DNA of 52,366 nucleotides from a virus. Location of the stretch: the IMG/VR virus record IMGVR_UViG_3300030000_000014, one strand, 5' to 3'. Of this stretch, positions 8,536 through 17,874 are shown in pieces. Position numbers and translations under genes: made by a program. Each line of letters begins with the position of its first letter. Position 1 is the first letter of the stretch. A model generated the notes under the pieces. It saw only the letters and a list, made by a program, of their open reading frames with translations, ran no database searches and was not told where the DNA came from.

Positions 8536-8717
8536 CTACCTACGACATTAAACGACTAGCCCTAGTTTTAGCTGTTCAGGCAGACATAGAAGGAATGAAA
8601 GCTTTCAACAAAAACAGAGAGTTAAATGGTATGTGCGTAGGGTATGACGAAGCGCAATTTTTTTGCAAAGCAGAGGAATTACGAAATTTAGCAGCAATAC
8701 ACGATGAACAACTTTAA
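8532..8717 (+). CDS. Hypothetical small protein
   Basis: ORF track. Overlapping start/stop. Confidence 0.45.
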   Translation: MTTYDIKRLALVLAVQADIEGMKAFNKNRELNGMCVGYDEAQFFCKAEELRNLAAIHDEQL

Positions 8718-8726
8718 AATATAACC

Positions 8727-9092
8727 ATGGCAATATCACAAGACCACTTGAAAGCATTGATTGCAAAAGGATTTGATCCTGAGAAAATGAGTAAGTACGA
8801 AAGTGCAATTTTCCTACTTCAAAATATGTCCAATACCCTACGGCTTGAATATGACGAATACATGAAAAGTTGGGGGTTCAAAGGTAAAGCTTCCGAAATG
8901 ACTTTCAAGATCAACAAAGACACTAAAGTTTACCTTGAACATGTAAGAAGCATGATTCACGAAAGTCAAGAACAAAACTTCTTCATTGATTACGAAGGGT
9001 TTGATGCTCAGTTCAGAGCATTTGCAAAGCTTGAAGATTTACAAGAAAAAGATACTAAACAATTAAACAACAAAGAGTTATGCTTAAATTAA
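8727..9092 (+). CDS. Hypothetical protein
   Basis: ORF track. Confidence 0.5.
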   Translation: MAISQDHLKALIAKGFDPEKMSKYESAIFLLQNMSNTLRLEYDEYMKSWGFKGKASEMTFKINKDTKVYLEHVRSMIHESQEQNFFIDYEGFDAQFRAFAKLEDLQEKDTKQLNNKELCLN

Positions 9093-9502
9093 TCACTATC
9101 GGGCATCTTGGAAATGATGCAACAATCAAAGAGTGGAGCGGTCATACTTATGCTGCATTCTCAGTAGCTAATACCGAAAGTTACACTGATGGACAAGGAG
9201 TTAAACATGAAACGACAGAGTGGATTTCATGCTTAAAGCGAGTAAAGGATGGAAGTAGTGCTTTAGTTCCATTATTGAAAAAAGGCACTAAGGTTTATGT
9301 CGAAGGGCAACTTTCAAAGAAAATGTTTGAGAAAGCTGGTCAAATGACTTGTGGCCTGAACTGCAACGTTTCTCATTTGGAACTATTAAGTCCGAAACAA
9401 GCCGATTCTCAGGCTCAACAAGGACCTTTAAAAGCTGAACCAATACCAACAACCACCGAACCGCTTCCAAGTGCTAGTGAAGGTGAAGATTTGCCATTCT
9501 AA
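9080..9502 (+). CDS. ssb: Single-stranded DNA-binding protein
   Basis: OB-fold N-terminus (ITIGHLGNDATIKE...TEWISC...VYVEGQL), a Pro/Gln-rich linker and the acidic tip EDLPF. Confidence 0.85.
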   Translation: MLKLITIGHLGNDATIKEWSGHTYAAFSVANTESYTDGQGVKHETTEWISCLKRVKDGSSALVPLLKKGTKVYVEGQLSKKMFEKAGQMTCGLNCNVSHLELLSPKQADSQAQQGPLKAEPIPTTTEPLPSASEGEDLPF

Positions 9503-9504
9503 TC

Positions 9505-9942
9505 ATGACTTGGATTGACAGATCAAGGCCGAAAGGCGCAAAAGTTCAAAAATCAACACGAAGTAAGAAAGTAGAACGTCTCGATATAGTGTTTTCGAAA
9601 TTCATTCGAAGACGTGATTGCAGTTTTACTTTTGGTCGTTGTATCAGCTGTGGAAAGATAATCAAGTTCGAAGATTGTGATTGCGGTCATTATGTGAACA
9701 GAAAACACATGTCAACCAGGTTTGACGAACACAATTGCAACGCTCAGTGTCGTTCCTGCAACCGTTTTGACGAAGGGAACATACAGGGCTACCGAAAGGG
9801 TTTGATTGCGAAATATGGCGAGAAAATAGCTGAATCACTCGAAATAAAGAAGTTCAACACCTGTAATTTGTCAGAAGTAGAAATTGACCTACTTTTTGTT
9901 CATTACAAGAAAAAATTGAAAGAAATTGAACAAAAACGCTAA
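9505..9942 (+). CDS. ninG: NinG-like recombination protein
   Basis: CISCGK...CGHY...R...FDEHNCNAQCRSCNRFDEGN..GY Cys/His pattern typical of lambda NinG. Confidence 0.7.
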   Translation: MTWIDRSRPKGAKVQKSTRSKKVERLDIVFSKFIRRRDCSFTFGRCISCGKIIKFEDCDCGHYVNRKHMSTRFDEHNCNAQCRSCNRFDEGNIQGYRKGLIAKYGEKIAESLEIKKFNTCNLSEVEIDLLFVHYKKKLKEIEQKR

Positions 9943-9966
9943 TTATTTTCATTTTTAACGCAAAAA

Positions 9967-10000
9967 GTGATTGTTATACACTCACTTTTTGCTACTTTTA
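9967..10000 (+). promoter_or_regulatory. Palindrome plus -7 box cassette, copy B
   Basis: GTGATTGTTATACACTCAC (9967-9985), then 7 nt, then TACTTTTA (9993-10000). The leader that follows carries an 11-bp inverted repeat (10047-10057 / 10078-10088). Confidence 0.6.
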
Positions 10001-10119
10001 CATCACAATTCAATAATTAAGGCAAAAGCTCACAAGCGTGTGAATTTTTGAAAGAAAGCACTCCACACATTGCACCATTTCTTTCAAAGCCTTAGTTGTT
10101 GAAACAAAACAGTAGCAGA

Positions 10120-10551
10120 ATGACAAAAGTAAAACTTTACACCGGTTACTTCGGTAATTTCAGAGCATTGCAAAACAACAATGTTTTAATGATTAGTATA
10201 AGTCGTTATCCTCCAAAAAATTGGACTGGACCTGTAATGTTGGAGTTAGCTCCTTTATCTTACATGTTGAAGTTTGGAGCCGAAGAATACGACAAGTTAT
10301 TTGCTGAAAGAGTTCTAGGGGTTACAACTCCAAAAAACATTATTAAGCAGATTGAATGGATTGCCGAAAAAACAAATAGTACTAAAATTGCTCTTTGCTG
10401 TTTTGAAAAAGAACAAAAAGAATGTCACCGTTACAATGTGGCTCTTTGGCTTCAAAAAGCAGGTTTCGAGATTGAAGAATTCAAAGTTGAAACCAAAACC
10501 GAAATTGAAAAGCCAAAAGTTATTGATGCACAGACTTCACTTTTTGATTGA
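10120..10551 (+). CDS. DUF488-like protein
   Basis: ATG at 10120 behind CAGTAGCAGA. LAPS-like segment and CCFEKEQKECHRYNVALWL resemble the DUF488 C-terminal signature. Confidence 0.45.
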   Translation: MTKVKLYTGYFGNFRALQNNNVLMISISRYPPKNWTGPVMLELAPLSYMLKFGAEEYDKLFAERVLGVTTPKNIIKQIEWIAEKTNSTKIALCCFEKEQKECHRYNVALWLQKAGFEIEEFKVETKTEIEKPKVIDAQTSLFD

Positions 10552-10557
10552 AGTAAT

Positions 10558-11046
10558 ATGGAAATCAAAAAAGAATTTATTGCAATATCAAAAGGATATT
10601 TTGTTTCCAAACAAGGGGTTGTTTATAGTCCGAAAGGAAATGTATTGAAATTATCAACTGCTCGTGGATATAGTAAATTTGAAATAAGAATTAATGGTGA
10701 AAAAGCATCTATAAGAGTTCATAGACTTCAAGCATTTCAAAAATTCGGAAGTGAAATTTATAAAGAAGGGGTTGAAGTTCGGCATTTTAATGGTATTCCA
10801 TTAGATAATTCTTGGGAAAATATATTGATCGGAACAAGAAGTGAAAATCAAATGGATATTCCTAAGTTAGTAAGAAATACACGTGGATTGACTGGAACTA
10901 AAGAAATTATAAAATACCCTTTTGATCAGGTTTTGGAAATTAGAAAGTACCGTGAAGATGGTCATTCGTATAAGGAAATAATGGAAAGATATAACATTAC
11001 TGATAGAAGTACTGTAAGTTATCTTATCAATAAACGAGTAATGTAA
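10558..11046 (+). CDS. Free-standing HNH homing endonuclease (HNH_3-like) with C-terminal HTH
   Basis: VHRLQAF...VRHFNGIPLDNSWENILIGTRSENQMD. C-terminal YKEIMERYNITDRSTVSYLI. Confidence 0.7.
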   Translation: MEIKKEFIAISKGYFVSKQGVVYSPKGNVLKLSTARGYSKFEIRINGEKASIRVHRLQAFQKFGSEIYKEGVEVRHFNGIPLDNSWENILIGTRSENQMDIPKLVRNTRGLTGTKEIIKYPFDQVLEIRKYREDGHSYKEIMERYNITDRSTVSYLINKRVM

Positions 11047-11164
11047 TTACCCCCGTCCTTAGCTCAAGGAAAAGAGTACTCCACACTTTATGGAGGGGTT
11101 GGCTGCGTAACTCAGTCAGGGCGGACAAATAATTTAGCCTGTAGGCACGGAAAAGTAATGAAAT

Positions 11165-11199
11165 GCGGGGAGTAATACGACTTCCCGCATAATTTTTTT
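11165..11199 (+). terminator. Intrinsic terminator
   Basis: GCGGGGAG-taatacga-CTTCCCGC followed by ataaTTTTTTT. Confidence 0.6.
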
Positions 11200-11211
11200 A
11201 AGTACAAAAGT

Positions 11212-12624
11212 ATGGCACTACAAACACCTGGAGCATTCTTTCTCGGAACGCTCGTTCCTTCTGAACAGAAGTACATGAAAACGATTTTGGAAAATGCACG
11301 CAAAGCAGGTTTCACACGTGTTGTTGAACCTTGTTGTGGTGCATTTGCTATGTCGCACCTAGCCATTCAGGCAGGATTTAAACCTGAACAGATAGAATCA
11401 AGTGATGTAACCATGTTCTCGTCAATTTTCGGTTATGCTATGATGGGAAAGTCTCTTGAAGATTTAGAGATTGAAGCAACCGGATTTTCGAAAGAAGAAT
11501 TGCTTGATCCTGCAACCTCGCTTTACGCATTGATGTACTTGAAAACAATGATGACTGCAGGTAGTGATTTTTTTTATGCCATGCTCAAAGATTTGGAGCT
11601 TCGCAAAGAAGAACATATTGCTAAGATTCAAGAGCAACTGGATCGTGGAAAAGGATTGCTGCAAGGTTTCAATTACCGTCCTCTCGATATGTTTGAGCAT
11701 ATCAACGAAGTGATCAATGATGAAAAGACAATCATTATCGCGAACCCTCCAACATACACTGCAGGTTTTGAAAAGTGGTACGGAACAGGTGGAAACATGA
11801 ACTGGAAAGAACCTGAGTATGGCATATTTGACCCAAAGACAGGATTAACCGATTTGTTCGAATTGATGAAAGGTGCAAAAGCACTGATAATTTGCTATGA
11901 AGAGAACGAAACGCAAAAGATGGCCGGCAAAGCTATCTTTACTCGTTACGGTGTTCGCAAAGGTTTCAATGTTTACCTAACTACCAACCAAGAAGAAAAG
12001 GCCGAAGCTCTTGCAGAGGGTAAAATGGTTGTTCGTTCCAATGAAAGCAAAATGTCACCGCTCGATTGCTCAACCCTCCCAACTGATTACGTAATTACTG
12101 AAAATTCCAAGATAGAATTCATGCAGGTTGAACCACAGTATTGCCAGTACTATCGTGGCATTTGGACTCACAACTTTGTAGGTGGTCAAGCCCAGGTAAA
12201 TGTAGTTTTGCTTATTGACCGATATGTTGCAGGAGTGTTCGGTTATCAAATAGCTATTGGTGCCATGGTTCTGAAAGATTTGCTGATCATGTTTGGAATT
12301 ACGATCCCGACAAAAAACTACCGATTGGGCCGATTACTCACCATGATAGCAACGAACCGGCAAACGCTGAAAGCAATGCTAACCGATTATCAAATTTCCC
12401 GACTTCATGGAGTTCAAACAACACAAATCACCAAGTACCCCGAATCAAAGGAAATGCGTGGTGTAATGAAGTTAGTTTCGAAAGAAAAAGGAAAGTTAGG
12501 CTACAAATTAATTTACAAAACCGAAATACAAGATCGTACCAAGGAAGAAACACTAAAGCTTTGGTTGAAAAAAGAAGAAACATGGAAACAGGAAAGAGCG
12601 AAAGCAAAATCACAACAGGAGTAG
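11212..12624 (+). CDS. Putative Dam-like (alpha-group) N6-adenine DNA methyltransferase with an extra C-terminal domain
   Basis: Motif I-like VVEPCCGAFAM and motif IV-like IIIANPPTYT about 140 aa later. The fourth position is atypical (T, then Y). Confidence 0.45.
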   Translation: MALQTPGAFFLGTLVPSEQKYMKTILENARKAGFTRVVEPCCGAFAMSHLAIQAGFKPEQIESSDVTMFSSIFGYAMMGKSLEDLEIEATGFSKEELLDPATSLYALMYLKTMMTAGSDFFYAMLKDLELRKEEHIAKIQEQLDRGKGLLQGFNYRPLDMFEHINEVINDEKTIIIANPPTYTAGFEKWYGTGGNMNWKEPEYGIFDPKTGLTDLFELMKGAKALIICYEENETQKMAGKAIFTRYGVRKGFNVYLTTNQEEKAEALAEGKMVVRSNESKMSPLDCSTLPTDYVITENSKIEFMQVEPQYCQYYRGIWTHNFVGGQAQVNVVLLIDRYVAGVFGYQIAIGAMVLKDLLIMFGITIPTKNYRLGRLLTMIATNRQTLKAMLTDYQISRLHGVQTTQITKYPESKEMRGVMKLVSKEKGKLGYKLIYKTEIQDRTKEETLKLWLKKEETWKQERAKAKSQQE

Positions 12625-13511
12625 AATTACCTTCCGGAGTTACTGTACTTGCAGATTTAGGTTATGGAATCGTAGTTGCAAGAGTTGAAATAAATTTAAT
12701 CCGTGAGCAGGATAAAAACGCTCACTTGATGAAACCTGAAATGTTTCGTCAATTGCATGAGAACATAAAAAAGAGAGGTGGGCTTGAAAGTTTACCTCTT
12801 TGTGCATTTACGGATAAAATAGAGGTTATCTCAGGACACCACCGTTTGAGAGCTTCAAAAGAAGCAGGATTGAAAGAGATAATTGTTTTGCTTGATATTA
12901 CAGGGCTAACAAGAAGCCAGATTGCAGCAAAACAACTTGCACACAACGCCATTAATGGTTTCGATGATCCTTCAATGTTGAAAGAGATTGCCAAAATGAT
13001 TACTGACGTAGACGACATGATTGAAAGTTTTATCGGAAAGGATGTAATAGGCGAACCACTTGCTGAATTGGAAAAGCTGTTGGCACCTATGGTGGACTTT
13101 GACTGGAAGCAATTACAGATTGTTTTCCTGCCACACCAATTGAAAGATTTGGAATTGCTCGTAAGTAAAACGCAAGGAAGTTTCGACTACATAGGCGCTG
13201 CATACATTGACCAGTATGAGCAATTAATGGAAACGTTAGCAAAGTATCAGAATTTCAAGAATGTAAAGAATCTCGGAACAGCCATGCATTCAATGATAAG
13301 CCTTGCCAATGCTGAAATGGAAGCTTCGGAATATGACGGAACGGAAGAATGGGTAACGTTATCACATTTGTTCGGTTCGGCAGCTATTCCCCAATCATTG
13401 AACGAAACGATGAAAAAAGTAATCGAAAAAATGAAAAAAGAAGGGGAGATTACCGAAAAGACAAAATGGAAATCACTAGAAGTACTAGCAAATCAATACT
13501 TAGGAGAATAG
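12582..13511 (+). CDS. ParB/Srx-fold (ParB-like nuclease domain) protein
   Basis: IEVISGHHRLRASKEAGLKEIIVLLD. ATG at 12582 inside the TTG-initiated ORF. Confidence 0.65.
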   Translation: METGKSESKITTGVELPSGVTVLADLGYGIVVARVEINLIREQDKNAHLMKPEMFRQLHENIKKRGGLESLPLCAFTDKIEVISGHHRLRASKEAGLKEIIVLLDITGLTRSQIAAKQLAHNAINGFDDPSMLKEIAKMITDVDDMIESFIGKDVIGEPLAELEKLLAPMVDFDWKQLQIVFLPHQLKDLELLVSKTQGSFDYIGAAYIDQYEQLMETLAKYQNFKNVKNLGTAMHSMISLANAEMEASEYDGTEEWVTLSHLFGSAAIPQSLNETMKKVIEKMKKEGEITEKTKWKSLEVLANQYLGE

Positions 13512-13514
13512 ATT

Positions 13515-13982
13515 ATGGGGAGACCAACTGATTATACACCTGACATTCATATACCATGGGTGCAAAGCCTAGCAATGGAAGGATTGATTGACAAGGAGAT
13601 AGCAAAATGCATTGGCGTTTCAAGGTCAACATTGAAGCTATGGGAGAAGATTTATCCTGAGTTTTCGGACGCCTTAAAAATTGGAAAAGACTGTGCTGAT
13701 GCTAAAGTACTTACTTCTTTGTTCAAAAGGGCTACTGGCTACACAGACAAAGAAAAGAAAGTAGTTATTGAGATGGATGCACAGGGCAACCAAAAGCCTG
13801 CACGAATTGAAACGACAGACAAACACATTGTTCCTGATGTAGGGGCGATTTGTTTTTGGTTGAAAAATCGCAGACCTGACGAGTGGCGTGACAAGAAAGA
13901 TGTTGAACTTTCCGGTAATCCCTTTGAGGATTTAATGAAGTCTGCAACAGCAACCGATGATGAAGAAGAAGCAAGCAAATGA
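13515..13982 (+). CDS. terS: Terminase small subunit
   Basis: MGRPTDYTPD... plus HTH (IAKCIGVSRSTLKLWEKIYPEF). Sits directly upstream of TerL. Confidence 0.75.
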   Translation: MGRPTDYTPDIHIPWVQSLAMEGLIDKEIAKCIGVSRSTLKLWEKIYPEFSDALKIGKDCADAKVLTSLFKRATGYTDKEKKVVIEMDAQGNQKPARIETTDKHIVPDVGAICFWLKNRRPDEWRDKKDVELSGNPFEDLMKSATATDDEEEASK

Positions 13983-15507
13983 CAAAGAAAAACAAATTGC
14001 AGTTTTCAAGTCATGGCAAGCTGATTGGAATAAATTTGTTCGGGAGGTCCTAAAGGCTCGACTGGACAAAGAGCAACAGGATATTATCAGGTCTGTTCAG
14101 CACAACAAGATGACTGCGGTTGCAAGCGGAACAGCGAGAGGTAAAGACTTCGTAGCTGCTTGCGCTTCTTTGTGTTTCTTGTATCTAACTCCTAAGTTTA
14201 ATTCTAAAGGCGAACTGGTTGAGAACACAAAGGTAGCAATGACAGCACCTACAGGAAGACAAGTAACTAACATTATGGTTCCTGAAATTCGTAGGTTGAT
14301 GCGTAACGCTAAATGTTTGCCCGGCAGGATCGTGTCTGGAGATATTCGAACAAGTTACGAAGAATGGTTTCTAACAGGTTTCAAGGCTGACGATAACAAT
14401 ACGGAAGCATGGTCAGGGTTTCACGCTGTAAATACCATGTTTGTTGCAACGGAAGCTTCTGGGATGTCTGAATTAATCTTTAATGCCATCGAGGGTAACT
14501 TGCAGGGAAATTCAAGGTTGTTGCTAGTATTCAACCCTAATGTTACGACTGGTTACGCTGCAAAAGCAATGAAATCAGACCGTTTCAATAAGTTTAGATT
14601 AAATTCACTACACGCTGAAAATGTAGTCAATCGAAAAGTAACGATACCGGGTCAGGTTGACTTTGAGTGGGTGAATGACAAGATAAAGAGTTGGTGCACT
14701 CCAATTGTTGAGAATGAATTCAATGAGGGAGATGGAGATTTTATTTGGAATGACGAAACCAACCTTAAACACTTCTATAGGCCAAATGACTTGTTTCGAG
14801 TAAAAGTACTCGGAATGTTCCCGAAAGTTGGTGAAGATGTTCTTATTCCTTACGAATGGATTGAACTAGCAAACCAACGTTGGTTGATTTATCAGGAAAC
14901 AAATTCTACTGTTGATGTTCCTGTCCGGTTAGGTGTTGACGTTGCCGGTATGGGTAGAGATAAAAGCGTACTGTGTCCAAGGCGTGACAATTGGGTTGAA
15001 AAGTTCATAACACACCAGTCGGCAGGTAAGGCAGACCACATGCACATTGCGGGACTTGTAAAGAACTACATTAACCGTAAAGGTACGTTTGCATTCATTG
15101 ACACGATTGGAGAGGGTGCGGGGGTTTATTCAAGGCTTTTGGAGCAGAACTTTTGGAATGCTATATCCTGCAAGTACTCCGAAGGAGCTAGTGGACTGAG
15201 TGATATAAACAACGTTTACACGTTCGCAAACATGCGGGCATTTTTATTTTGGTGTGTGCGTGACTGGTTGGACCCGAAGAATAAGAATAACCCTTGTCTT
15301 CCACCCGATGATGAATTCACCGAAGAAGCAACAGAGATAAGGTGGAAGTTTCAATCTAATGGCTCTATCCTTATCGAACCGAAAGAAGACATTGTGAAAC
15401 GATTGAAACGCTCAACCGATAAGTTCGATTCACTTGCAAATACATTTTACCCTAGTGGTAATGGAACTATATTATCAGACGAAGATATTATTAACGATAT
15501 GCTATAA
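13957..15507 (+). CDS. terL: Terminase large subunit
   Basis: 516 aa. Walker A-like ASGTARGKDF. Position between TerS and portal. Confidence 0.75.
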   Translation: MMKKKQANDKEKQIAVFKSWQADWNKFVREVLKARLDKEQQDIIRSVQHNKMTAVASGTARGKDFVAACASLCFLYLTPKFNSKGELVENTKVAMTAPTGRQVTNIMVPEIRRLMRNAKCLPGRIVSGDIRTSYEEWFLTGFKADDNNTEAWSGFHAVNTMFVATEASGMSELIFNAIEGNLQGNSRLLLVFNPNVTTGYAAKAMKSDRFNKFRLNSLHAENVVNRKVTIPGQVDFEWVNDKIKSWCTPIVENEFNEGDGDFIWNDETNLKHFYRPNDLFRVKVLGMFPKVGEDVLIPYEWIELANQRWLIYQETNSTVDVPVRLGVDVAGMGRDKSVLCPRRDNWVEKFITHQSAGKADHMHIAGLVKNYINRKGTFAFIDTIGEGAGVYSRLLEQNFWNAISCKYSEGASGLSDINNVYTFANMRAFLFWCVRDWLDPKNKNNPCLPPDDEFTEEATEIRWKFQSNGSILIEPKEDIVKRLKRSTDKFDSLANTFYPSGNGTILSDEDIINDML

Positions 15508-15516
15508 AACTACATT

Positions 15517-16944
15517 ATGACTGCAAAAGAAATTATCAGCAAAGACAGAAAGGTCGAAGATATAATCACAGACCTTAAGAACAAATGTGTGACTGTGATG
15601 TCATGGTCTAGTATTGAAAAGGAATACGACCCGAAGAAACACCCTATCAAAATCGACAAGAATTTGCGTAAGGACAAAGTCAAGAAAGATGGTTCTATCG
15701 ACAAGGTTGCTCGGATCACTTACGGACTCCAAAAGCTGTCTACTCGTAGAATGACACAAATGGCGTTCTCTATACCTGTGAAAAGGATTTACAGTGTTGG
15801 CAATGATGAGACGAAGAAAGAACAGGCTAAGGCAATTGAACTTATTTACAAGTTGGCTCGTATCAATTCTGTGAACATGAAGCGTATGCACGCTTATTTT
15901 GCTGCTTGCGAAATTTGCACAGTTTGGTTCCCTGTGAAGAAAGAACAAAAACATAACAAGTACGGCTTTGAAACTAATTTTGAGTTGAAATGTCGTACTT
16001 ACTCACCTATGTCCGAGAAGTTCTCCCGGCTTGAAAGTGCTACTCTTTACCCATTATTTGATAACCTTGGCGATATGATTGCTCAAAGTTTTGAGTATGT
16101 GGTTAGTGAAAACAAAAAGGATATTACCTACTTTGAAACTTACTCTAAGGACTTGAAAAAGATTTGGAAAAAAGTTGATGGCAAGTGGGAAGAAGTAACC
16201 AATGATATTCCGATTAGCATTGGTAAGATGCCTCTTTCATACCTTGTTCGTCCTGTTCCTATTTGGGAAGATTCAAGTGGAAATGTTACTGAGATAGAGC
16301 TTACATTGTCAAGAGAGAGCGATATTATCAAGAAAAATTCTGCCCCACTTGTAAAAGTAACAGGAGAGTTTCAGCAGACTGGAAGTGTTGATATATCACA
16401 AGATGCAGCACGTGAGGTCTATCAATTGAAAGAGGGTGGAAATGTTGAGTACGTTACATTTGATCAGGCTATTGAAGCGATGAAGTTCATGGTTTCTACA
16501 TTGAAGCAAAACATTGAAGAAGAACTGCAATTGCCTAACCTATCACTAGAGAATGTCAAAGGACTTGGTGCTATATCCGGTGAAGCTCGTAAAACTCTAT
16601 TGACTGATGCACACCTGAAAGTAGGTGAAGAGAGCGGTGATATTGTTGAGTTCTTCGAACGTGAATTCAATGTTATCAAAGCATTTGTAGGTGAGATGAA
16701 GAAAGATTGGAAAGACTCAATCAATGAACTGGAATGTGAGCATATCATTACTCCATTTATTCAGAATGACGAATCGGCCACTATCGACAAGTTGATGAAA
16801 GCAACAGCCGGTAAGCAAATTATGTCTCAGAAAGAAGCAATTGGTCAGGCCGGACTTGTTGAAAACATTGATGCTGAACTAGAACAAATTCAAAAAGAAG
16901 AACTTGCAGCAAATGCTGTGAGTGCATTCCCAACCTCAATGTAA
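15517..16944 (+). CDS. Portal protein
   Basis: 475 aa immediately after TerL. Size and position fit a portal. Confidence 0.6.
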   Translation: MTAKEIISKDRKVEDIITDLKNKCVTVMSWSSIEKEYDPKKHPIKIDKNLRKDKVKKDGSIDKVARITYGLQKLSTRRMTQMAFSIPVKRIYSVGNDETKKEQAKAIELIYKLARINSVNMKRMHAYFAACEICTVWFPVKKEQKHNKYGFETNFELKCRTYSPMSEKFSRLESATLYPLFDNLGDMIAQSFEYVVSENKKDITYFETYSKDLKKIWKKVDGKWEEVTNDIPISIGKMPLSYLVRPVPIWEDSSGNVTEIELTLSRESDIIKKNSAPLVKVTGEFQQTGSVDISQDAAREVYQLKEGGNVEYVTFDQAIEAMKFMVSTLKQNIEEELQLPNLSLENVKGLGAISGEARKTLLTDAHLKVGEESGDIVEFFEREFNVIKAFVGEMKKDWKDSINELECEHIITPFIQNDESATIDKLMKATAGKQIMSQKEAIGQAGLVENIDAELEQIQKEELAANAVSAFPTSM

Positions 16945-16954
16945 TTGTAAAAAT

Positions 16955-17197
16955 ATGACAAATCAAGAATTAGCTTTACTTCTAATTGACGAAGACCCAA
17001 ACAATGAGATTTCTATTTGTGTAAGTGGGAATTTTCATAAAATAACTGGTGTTAAGTCTTTCAAAAAGTCAAATGTAACTATTTTACATGTAGAAGGATC
17101 AATCCAAGTAATTAGGAAAGATCATGCGGAATTTTATAAAGAAAAGTTCAAAGGTTCTTCAATAATAGAATCTGTTTCACCGATAGAAGTCGAATAA
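16955..17197 (+). CDS. Hypothetical protein
   Basis: ATG at 16955 inside ORF 16922-17197. Confidence 0.45.
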   Translation: MTNQELALLLIDEDPNNEISICVSGNFHKITGVKSFKKSNVTILHVEGSIQVIRKDHAEFYKEKFKGSSIIESVSPIEVE

Positions 17198-17386
17198 ATG
17201 GAAGAACAACTATTGATCCTTATTCAGAATATTCAAGACCGCAAGACAGCATCAGGTATCGCACCGGTTCATGTCTTGCGGTCGGAAATAGATAAAGCCG
17301 TTTCGGCATCACTGAATACACTTTTTACAGATGGTAGAATTAAAGTCGGGAATACTTCTAATGACAAATGGATAGTGAAAGTTTGA
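17198..17386 (+). CDS. Hypothetical small protein
   Basis: ORF track. Confidence 0.45.
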   Translation: MEEQLLILIQNIQDRKTASGIAPVHVLRSEIDKAVSASLNTLFTDGRIKVGNTSNDKWIVKV

Positions 17387-17411
17387 TTTTGCTTTACAAA
17401 GTTAGTATAAC

Positions 17412-17451
17412 GTGAGCAGCTATTTTTATAAAAAACGAAATAGTTGCTCAC
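17412..17451 (+). promoter_or_regulatory. 14-bp inverted repeat whose outer arms are GTGAGC / GCTCAC
   Basis: GTGAGCAGCTATTT-12 nt-AAATAGTTGCTCAC (13 Watson-Crick pairs plus one G-T). No T-run follows. Confidence 0.5.
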
Positions 17452-17475
17452 TAAAATAATCAAAAAGATAGTTTG

Positions 17476-17874
17476 ATGGAAACAAAAGAAATAAAGCCAA
17501 TACAAGTTAAGCCAAATCTATATGCAGTTTATTTCCCATTTTTAAAGGAGATTGCTCTTAAGTATGGCTATAACCTAGTTATTCACGGCTCAATGAATAG
17601 AGATATGGATTTGATTGCTATTCCATGGAATAATGAATTGCGTCCACACTTGGAAATGATAACCGAAATGTCTGACTTTATAGGTGGTGAGATAATGATA
17701 AATGATGACAAGCGACTATTCTCTGATAAACCACATGGACGTGTTGTTTACGTGATTGATATTTATAGAGGTGGATATTTAAGTGGTGGTGGATTTGCTG
17801 AAATGACATACCATAAAGACCCTCAATATTATCTAGATATATCAATAACACCAACAATCTATGGAAACAAATAA
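17476..17874 (+). CDS. Hypothetical protein
   Basis: ATG at 17476. HGSMNRDMDLIAIPW is only loosely NTase-like (see rejected list). Confidence 0.5.
   Translation: METKEIKPIQVKPNLYAVYFPFLKEIALKYGYNLVIHGSMNRDMDLIAIPWNNELRPHLEMITEMSDFIGGEIMINDDKRLFSDKPHGRVVYVIDIYRGGYLSGGGFAEMTYHKDPQYYLDISITPTIYGNK

Noticed and set aside
10352-10648. Alternative-frame + strand ORFs (10352-10648, 22791-23006, 23680-23988, 24913-25095, 33341-33589, 18629-18841, 13349-13531).
   Set aside because: They lie fully or largely inside better-supported genes in another frame, and their translations are compositionally odd.
11047-11130. tRNA-like features (TAGCTCAAGG D-arm-like segment, CTCCA/TGGAG stem).
   Set aside because: There is no GTTCGAATC-type T-arm and no matching acceptor stem on either strand. 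The 7-nt loop lacks the conserved U33. It is not a canonical tRNA.
11112-11366. 84-aa minus-strand ORF.
   Set aside because: It overlaps a + strand terminator and the 5' end of the MTase-like gene, so it is likely a shadow ORF.
17476-17874. HGSMNRDMDLIAI read as a pol-beta nucleotidyltransferase GS...DxD motif.
   Set aside because: Only 4 residues separate GS from DxD, where about 10-15 are expected. This is not enough evidence, so the gene is left as hypothetical.
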